A DNA stretch of 64,000 bases from an uncultured Nitrososphaerota archaeon (GTDB lineage Archaea > Thermoproteota > Nitrososphaeria > Nitrososphaerales > Gagatemarchaeaceae), in the NCBI GenBank assembly GCA_963838925.1, contig CAWISW010000003.1, forward strand, positions 416,001 through 480,000, written 5' to 3'. Positions within the stretch are counted from its first letter, which is position 1, and the number at the start of each line of letters is the position of its first letter. A program made the position numbers and the translations under genes. The notes beneath the pieces are model-generated. The model did not search any database. It was not told the origin of the DNA and saw only the letters and a list, made by a program, of their open reading frames with translations. Shown here in pieces: positions 57,962 through 64,000 of this stretch.

Positions 57962-59059
57962 GTGCAATCCAAGCTGAAATGCGAGTCTCACCTCTCAACT
58001 AGTCGGAATGAAGGTGTGACCAATCTCGACCAATTTGTCGTCTATGAAACCAAGGGAGGTCCTTCTCATTACCTCCGCCTACGTGAACGCCTTTACAACT
58101 TTGGAAGAGAAGACATCATTGAGGCTCGAGTAGCAAGAACTTCAGCGCCAGAGAAAGAACTCCGTCTTTACACAAGTGCAAGCTACGCAGATCCCCACCT
58201 CAACGTCTCTCATCTGAATCCAGCTCCGCGCGAGTCATTCCGAATATTGTCTCTCAGGAAATTTGGCGTACCGCATTTTGTAGCGAACTTCAACCAGCAC
58301 AAGCCGAAAGCCTTTCGAAATATCACGCTCTCCTATTCCGATGGCATAGTCAACATGAAAGTCGAGAATTTGGTCGCAGTGATCAAGAATCCCAAGCTCA
58401 GCGCTCGCGGGCAAGGACCTATTCTTGAAGGAAGCATAATAGAAGGCACAAGACGCGGGAACATCCGAATCGCCCAAGAATCCGAATCTTTCAGTCTGCA
58501 CTTCGGGGACTATTCGACCAACCATCCCCGGATAGTTCACATGAAGGCTATCGAGTCTTACATCGAGGTCGGATACGTGCAGAGTTCGCACGAGTCTGAC
58601 TATCGCACGAGACGCGTTCCTGCTGTTTCCATCGGGCCCGCGAAAGGCAAATCCGAGGACGAAGTGAAGAACAGATTCACCGAGATAGACAGCAGCAACA
58701 TGACAAAGAAGGAGATAAGGGCTTGGATTGACACTGAAGGTAACATCTACTCGAGGGGTATGGACGGTAAATCTGGCCCTCAACTGGCTGTCACTCAGAA
58801 GCACAGGGAACCGTTGGATGTCTTTGCAAGGAGCGTTGTAGGGTTGGGAGTGAGGTGCAAAGTCTCGCGGGATGGGCATGCGTGTTACGTAGCCAAAATT
58901 ACCGACACCGAAGGAGTTGCCAAGATAATCAAAGAGGTTGGGCCGTTTCGAACTCCTCAGAAATGTGAACAGGTACGTCAGTTCGAGAAGATGTTGAAAA
59001 GAGAGAGAAAGGAAAGGAGACGAGTGATAGAAAGATCGAAGGCACTGTTGGACCTGTAG
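57962..59059 (+). CDS. Protein with C-terminal LAGLIDADG domain
   Basis: IRAWIDTEGNIY, LAVTQK, IIKEVGPFRTPQK. Confidence 0.7.
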   Translation: MQSKLKCESHLSTSRNEGVTNLDQFVVYETKGGPSHYLRLRERLYNFGREDIIEARVARTSAPEKELRLYTSASYADPHLNVSHLNPAPRESFRILSLRKFGVPHFVANFNQHKPKAFRNITLSYSDGIVNMKVENLVAVIKNPKLSARGQGPILEGSIIEGTRRGNIRIAQESESFSLHFGDYSTNHPRIVHMKAIESYIEVGYVQSSHESDYRTRRVPAVSIGPAKGKSEDEVKNRFTEIDSSNMTKKEIRAWIDTEGNIYSRGMDGKSGPQLAVTQKHREPLDVFARSVVGLGVRCKVSRDGHACYVAKITDTEGVAKIIKEVGPFRTPQKCEQVRQFEKMLKRERKERRRVIERSKALLDL

Positions 59060-59138
59060 AGTTCTCCGTGGGCATTATCTTCGTGCCAAGCTTATAATAC
59101 AAGTCGGTAAGCGCGGCTCATCATTAGGGCGATATGAG

Positions 59139-59933
59139 ATGGCAACTCGGGAGGGAACTCCGAATAGAGAGAGTAGAAAGGACTCAAGCGACAAGAAACT
59201 TGAAGATATATTGCGCTTGATTGAATTATGCCGCAATATCCAGTCGAGCAGCGTTAACCCCTTCGAGGTGGACATCAAGGAGAAGCTCTTGGTCCTAAAG
59301 AGGCACCTGCCCGAGTGGAATGTAATTGACGTGATGCTGAAGGATTCAGAGGCGATGCAACAACTTGTTGCGATAGTAAAGTTACAAGATCTGTACATTA
59401 AACACAGGGCCTCCGCGCTCTACATCGACCCTCTGCTCCTCGAGCTCAAGATAACGCTCATCACCAAGGAGGAGCTCGCGGAGAGCTTCGCAAAGTGCTG
59501 GCACCCCATCGCGCAGCTCGACCAGCTCACCCCGCGCGGCCTCGAGAAGGCCTTCGTCTACTGGCGGGAGCTCGTACCATTCAGCGAGAGGTTCAAGGAA
59601 CAGTTCGGGAACTACGGGGAGCCGACCGGGATGATAGGGCTCGAGGAGCTCGAGTCGTTGAGCATCTTCACGAAGGAGGAGTTCCAGACCAGGATCAACG
59701 CGATCACCAAGGAACTGGTGGAGAGGTGCGACGGCAAGGAGATAGACTACCGCGGTTTCATAAAGGGGAAGGACCCCGAGGAGACGGCCTTGCGGGGATA
59801 TCTCATAGCGTTCGTGGTCACCGAGGGGAGGGCCACGCTGAGGACCGACCCGCTCACCGAGCAGATCTTCATCTCGGTGATCGAAGGGAAGCCGGACGAC
59901 GAGACGAAATCGGTGGCGATCGTAGTCAGATGA
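59139..59933 (+). CDS. ScpA/kleisin-like protein
   Basis: VNPFEVDI near the N-terminus, wHTH-like C-terminus ending EQIFI; context. Confidence 0.6.
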   Translation: MATREGTPNRESRKDSSDKKLEDILRLIELCRNIQSSSVNPFEVDIKEKLLVLKRHLPEWNVIDVMLKDSEAMQQLVAIVKLQDLYIKHRASALYIDPLLLELKITLITKEELAESFAKCWHPIAQLDQLTPRGLEKAFVYWRELVPFSERFKEQFGNYGEPTGMIGLEELESLSIFTKEEFQTRINAITKELVERCDGKEIDYRGFIKGKDPEETALRGYLIAFVVTEGRATLRTDPLTEQIFISVIEGKPDDETKSVAIVVR

Positions 59934-60541
59934 GCGACGTAGCGAGCCCGCCCGACGCTGCCAGCCCTCCGCACGAGGCCGCCGCAGAGAGGGCATCGCT
60001 CGACCGCAAGACCAGGAAGGCCTTCCAGGTCTTGATACTCCAGCGCGGAAGAAACCCCGGCGTCAAGGGATGGGAGATGCGAAGGTACCTCGGTAAAGAC
60101 TACAAGAAGATACTAGATGTCCTTTCGAACGACCTGAAGCCCCTCGGCCTCGAGGTCCACCTGGTGCCCGGCCCGGAGGGCACCGACGACTCCACGCGCT
60201 TCCTGCTCAGGTTCAGGGACCCTCCGACTCTGACCGAGGCGGAGACCGCGGGGTTCAGGATCGACGACCTCGCTGTCCTCGCGGCCACCATAGCCCTGGT
60301 CAACTCCAAGCAGGGGAGAATCTCTAGGAAGGAGCTCGAGAGCTTCCTCAAGACAAAGTTCCCGCGCTGGAGGATAGACTACTCGATCGACAGATACATC
60401 AAGCGGGGGTACATCGACCAGGACGACAAGGACCTCGTCCGCATCGGGTGGAGGACGAGGGCAGAGATAGACGAGAGGTCGTTGATGACGCTGATACTCG
60501 CTCAGGGGACACAGTCGAAGGCCGGAAGCGGCAAACAGTAG
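59930..60541 (+). CDS. ScpB/kite-like tandem winged-helix protein
   Basis: ATGA overlap with upstream gene; LSNDLKPLGLEV, IGWRTRAEID. Confidence 0.6.
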   Translation: MSDVASPPDAASPPHEAAAERASLDRKTRKAFQVLILQRGRNPGVKGWEMRRYLGKDYKKILDVLSNDLKPLGLEVHLVPGPEGTDDSTRFLLRFRDPPTLTEAETAGFRIDDLAVLAATIALVNSKQGRISRKELESFLKTKFPRWRIDYSIDRYIKRGYIDQDDKDLVRIGWRTRAEIDERSLMTLILAQGTQSKAGSGKQ

Positions 60542-60583
60542 GATTACAGGCACTGCGTCAAGGAAGGATATTGCGTAATCGTC

Positions 60584-61087
60584 TTACCTTCTAGATTCGA
60601 GTTCGTGGACCTTCCCTTCGACGACCGTGAGACGCTGCGTCACGTCCATGCGCTTGTCCAAGCCGTCAACCTTCTTGTCCACGCCGTCTATCTTCTGGCC
60701 CAGGGCTTGCTCGAAGCCGTCGATTCTTTGGACAAGTTTCTGCTCAACATTATCAATCCTCTGACCGAGTTTTTGCTCCAAGCCATCAATCCTTTGACCC
60801 AGCTTTTGCTCCAAGCCGTCCACTCTCTGACCAAGCCCTTTCTCCACGCCACCAAGCCCTTTCTCCACGCCGTCGATCCGCTGACCAAGCCCTTTCTCCA
60901 CACCATCAATCCTCTGACCGAGGTTAAGGTTCACGCCTTCGATTTTTTGGTCCAATCTCCTTATCTCTGTGTGGACGACCTTGAACTCCCCATCGATTTT
61001 CGCGTTCGTCGCCTTGATCTCTCCCTTCAGCTCGCTTATCTGGGGCAGCAGCACCCTCTCAAGCCAACCGGGAATCTTCTCGGCCAT
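60584..61087 (-). CDS. Coiled-coil protein with 11-residue repeats
   Basis: LGQRIDG(V/L)E(K/Q)(G/K) repeats, 33-bp units. Confidence 0.8.
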   Translation of the reverse strand: MAEKIPGWLERVLLPQISELKGEIKATNAKIDGEFKVVHTEIRRLDQKIEGVNLNLGQRIDGVEKGLGQRIDGVEKGLGGVEKGLGQRVDGLEQKLGQRIDGLEQKLGQRIDNVEQKLVQRIDGFEQALGQKIDGVDKKVDGLDKRMDVTQRLTVVEGKVHELESRR

Positions 61088-61150
61088 TTCTTACTCGGGA
61101 ATACCCGCTGGTGATATTTAACCGCATATTTCGGTTCAAGCGACTTCGTG

Positions 61151-64000
61151 TCAGCTTACGAAGTACCTACGCCTCAGAGCCTCCCGCTCGCCCTCTATCA
61201 CGCAGTCGATGAGGTCTTGGCCGGTCTCCTTCCTCTTCTTCAGCAGGTTAGGGGCCTCCGAGAGCCTGATGCCCCTCCCCGCGATAACGAAGAGCGCGTC
61301 GTCCCCGAACTCGTTCTTGACCTGCGTCGACTTCTTCAACGCCTCTAGCACCTTCTGGGCCTTGCCGTGCATCTGGAGCCTACTCCTCGCCTTGAGCGTC
61401 GCGCCGAAGACCGCCTCGTAGGACTCGGTGGTGTAGCCTATCGTGTCCTTCCTCCCGCACCGGGGGCACCTCTCGGGTGAGCCGTCGCCCACCCTCCTGA
61501 GCTCGACGTACTCCCAGCAGTTGGTGCAGGCCGCGACCAGGAAGCTCTCGCGAATCCTCGCCTCGGTGGACTGGCGGATTATCGCCCTGAGCCTCTCGGG
61601 CGAGACAATCTCGCCCCTCCTGCTCACTTCCTCCAGGCCGATCCTCGCGATGGGCGAGGGCCCTGCCTCTGGCTCCAAGATCACTATGCCGATTTCCTTG
61701 CGGGCGATCTGCGAGATGATTGACTCCGCGGCCTCGGTGTCAAAGTCGTCGTGGAAGATGACGCTGAGCGCCTCGTCGTAGACGGGCGTCCCCCTCAGCG
61801 CCTCCATGAGCCCCGAGATCGAGACGCTCGCGTAGTCCGCCTCCCTCGCGATGGCTCCGCACTTCTTCGCGACGTGGATGAGGCGTCGCTTGAATATCCC
61901 CGACCGCTCCACGGCCGCCCGCGCGAGCTCCTTGATGTCCTTCCCGTAGAGGTCGCGGATGACGCTCTCCACCAGCTTGGGCGACGACTCGACCTCCAAG
62001 ATGATCCTGTAGGGGTCTTGGTGGACGGCCACCGACTGTCCCATCCGCTCGGAGATGATGTGGGCGACCACGCGGGCGAGGAGCCTGTTCACCTTGTGCC
62101 CGAACGTCGCTTGTATCACCACGAACTTATCCCATTTCTCTATGGTGATGAGCCTGTCCGAAGGAACGGCGAGGCCCAGGGACGTCTGCTCCTTCACCTC
62201 GCTCAATGACTCGAGGATCGCCCCTTCGTCCACGGGGTAGCGCTCGCGGAGGGACGCGACTACCGACTTCTCCCCTCTCCCCTCGCTGCCGAGGGCCTCT
62301 GCATACTCCCTCCTTATCGACCCGACCTCGAGGGCGACCGGGAGCGGGACGGGGATCTCGTCGCCGACCCAGCTCGGGACCGCTCCGGTCGGGTCCTCCT
62401 CTGGAGCGACGTAGACCTTGTTCTCGTATATCTCTAATATCTTCCAGCACCTCCCCGCCTCGACGAACTTCACGCCGATCTGCCCGTACTCGGACACGAA
62501 GGCCTCGTCCAGGACACCGATCGCCCGGTCGCCCTCGGCGATCACGACGTACTGCTTCTCGTCGGGGATCATCGAGAGGTTCTCGAAGTAGTATTCGAAG
62601 AGCGGCTTGAAGTCCTTGGCGCGCTTGACGATCCCGTCGTTCTCGGTGAAGAAGAGCAGGCGCGGGTACCTGTCGCGCATGTAGACCAGGTACTTGCCCA
62701 TCGTCTCGATGCTGAGGGTCGAGTACGCGTAGGTCTTCCTCAGGAGGGAGTACAGGTCGTCGAGCTTCCACGAGCTGCTCTCGATGAGGAGTCCTGCTAT
62801 CTGGTGTATCGCGGGGTCGGCGGCGTTCCGGAAGGGGAGGAGCGGCTCGAGCTCGCCGTGGAGGGATTTCCTGCAGAGGACCATGGCCTCGAGCGTGTCG
62901 TCCGAGTCCTGCGTGATTATCATCCCCTTCGATATCTGTCCTATGGAGTGGCCAGCCCTCCCGATGCGCTGGATGAGCCTCGTGACCTGACGAGGGGAGT
63001 TGTACTGTATGACGCAGTCGAGGAAGCCGATGTCGATGCCGAGCTCGAGACTGCTCGTGCAGATTACGCCGGACAGCTTCCCCTCCCTGAGGTTCCTCTC
63101 GGTCGCCTCGCGAGTGGCCCTCGACAGAGAGCTGTGGTGGATGCCTATGGGCAGCCTCTCGTTCCAGACCCTGAACCTGTTCGCGAGCGCCTCCGCCTCT
63201 GACCTGGTGTTCGTGAATATCAGCGTCGACCTGTTCTGGTCGACAGTGTCCCGAATGGTCCTGAGCCTAGCCGCCACCTCGGGGAACGTGAAGATGCTGT
63301 CGGCGAGCGCGATGTCCTCCCCCGTCGCCTTCGGCCTCACCACCTGGAGCTGGAGCATCTTCTCCACGGGCACCCTGACTATCTCGCACTCCCTTCCCTC
63401 TCCTACGAGGAACCTGGATATCGTCTCGGGGGAGCCGATCGTCGCCGAGAGCCCGATCATTTGGATCTCCTTCCCGACCACACGCTTCAGCCGCTCGAGC
63501 GCTATCGAGAGCTGGCTTCCTCGCTTGTCCTCGGCCAGCTCGTGGATCTCGTCGACGACGACCCACTTCAGCTTCATCAGACCGTCCTTTATCCTCCTTC
63601 CAGTGAGGAGTGCCTGTAGCGTCTCAGGCGTCGTGATCATTATGTCGGGCGGCACCATGCTCTGGCCTGCCCTCTCCTGAGCGCCGGTGTCGCCGTGCCT
63701 CACCCCCAGCCTGACGTCGAACCTCTTGCACCACCATTGCATCCTCTCGAGCATGTCCCTGTTGAGCGCCCTGAGCGGCGTGATGTAGAGGAGCTTGATC
63801 CCGCCCGTCCGGGCGAGGCCGTTCCTGATCATCTTGTCGAGTATGGGCAGGAACGCAGCCTCCGTCTTCCCGGTCCCCGTCGGAGCCATCAGCAGCGCGT
63901 TGCGGCCGTCCGCGACGAGGGGGACCATCTTCGACTGCGGGTCTGTGGGGTTGCTGAACCCCCTCTCCTCGAGCGCCTTCAGGAGGGGCGGGGAGAAGAG
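61151..64000 (-). CDS. lhr: Lhr-like SF2 helicase, start lies beyond the right edge
   Basis: APTGTGKT, DEIH, LSAT, HHSSL, SLELGID, QRIGRAGH; frame open to 64000. Confidence 0.93.
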   Translation of the reverse strand, partial: LFSPPLLKALEERGFSNPTDPQSKMVPLVADGRNALLMAPTGTGKTEAAFLPILDKMIRNGLARTGGIKLLYITPLRALNRDMLERMQWWCKRFDVRLGVRHGDTGAQERAGQSMVPPDIMITTPETLQALLTGRRIKDGLMKLKWVVVDEIHELAEDKRGSQLSIALERLKRVVGKEIQMIGLSATIGSPETISRFLVGEGRECEIVRVPVEKMLQLQVVRPKATGEDIALADSIFTFPEVAARLRTIRDTVDQNRSTLIFTNTRSEAEALANRFRVWNERLPIGIHHSSLSRATREATERNLREGKLSGVICTSSLELGIDIGFLDCVIQYNSPRQVTRLIQRIGRAGHSIGQISKGMIITQDSDDTLEAMVLCRKSLHGELEPLLPFRNAADPAIHQIAGLLIESSSWKLDDLYSLLRKTYAYSTLSIETMGKYLVYMRDRYPRLLFFTENDGIVKRAKDFKPLFEYYFENLSMIPDEKQYVVIAEGDRAIGVLDEAFVSEYGQIGVKFVEAGRCWKILEIYENKVYVAPEEDPTGAVPSWVGDEIPVPLPVALEVGSIRREYAEALGSEGRGEKSVVASLRERYPVDEGAILESLSEVKEQTSLGLAVPSDRLITIEKWDKFVVIQATFGHKVNRLLARVVAHIISERMGQSVAVHQDPYRIILEVESSPKLVESVIRDLYGKDIKELARAAVERSGIFKRRLIHVAKKCGAIAREADYASVSISGLMEALRGTPVYDEALSVIFHDDFDTEAAESIISQIARKEIGIVILEPEAGPSPIARIGLEEVSRRGEIVSPERLRAIIRQSTEARIRESFLVAACTNCWEYVELRRVGDGSPERCPRCGRKDTIGYTTESYEAVFGATLKARSRLQMHGKAQKVLEALKKSTQVKNEFGDDALFVIAGRGIRLSEAPNLLKKRKETGQDLIDCVIEGEREALRRRYFVS

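Noticed and set aside
60640-60925. CRISPR array
   Set aside because: Units are contiguous, in frame and lack unique spacers; no cas genes in the window.

Overview
Archaeal chromosomal window. The core gene set (TFB, pelota, archaeal DnaG, PheST/TrpRS, DUF1512, his operon with HAD phosphatase, stand-alone 5S rRNA, intron-containing tRNAs) points to a high-GC Nitrososphaerota-like lineage; this assignment is inferred. RNA genes read directly from the sequence: tRNA-Trp (63-nt intron), 5S rRNA, SRP RNA, tRNA-Ser(GCT) with a T-loop intron, tRNA-Val(TAC) with two non-canonical introns, and candidate H/ACA and C/D sRNAs. Accessory DNA: (i) a 12.6-kb tyrosine-integrase island inserted at the 3' end of the SRP RNA gene, followed by an older tandem islet; (ii) a 3.5-kb insert between an Smc5/6-like ATPase gene and its kleisin/kite-like genes; (iii) four free-standing LAGLIDADG-like genes. 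The most striking pattern is two integrase-less cassettes carrying secreted G1 (glutamic) peptidase-like genes. Each is bounded by a 15-bp direct repeat and by circularly permuted halves of a conserved host locus (tRNA-Trp in one, the 3' end of a Tes-like radical SAM gene in the other), as expected for small circles carrying host-locus homology on both sides of the crossover. Two genes (TFB, AbiEii toxin) appear to need an ATA start codon. All family assignments come from motif recognition by eye, not from database searches.
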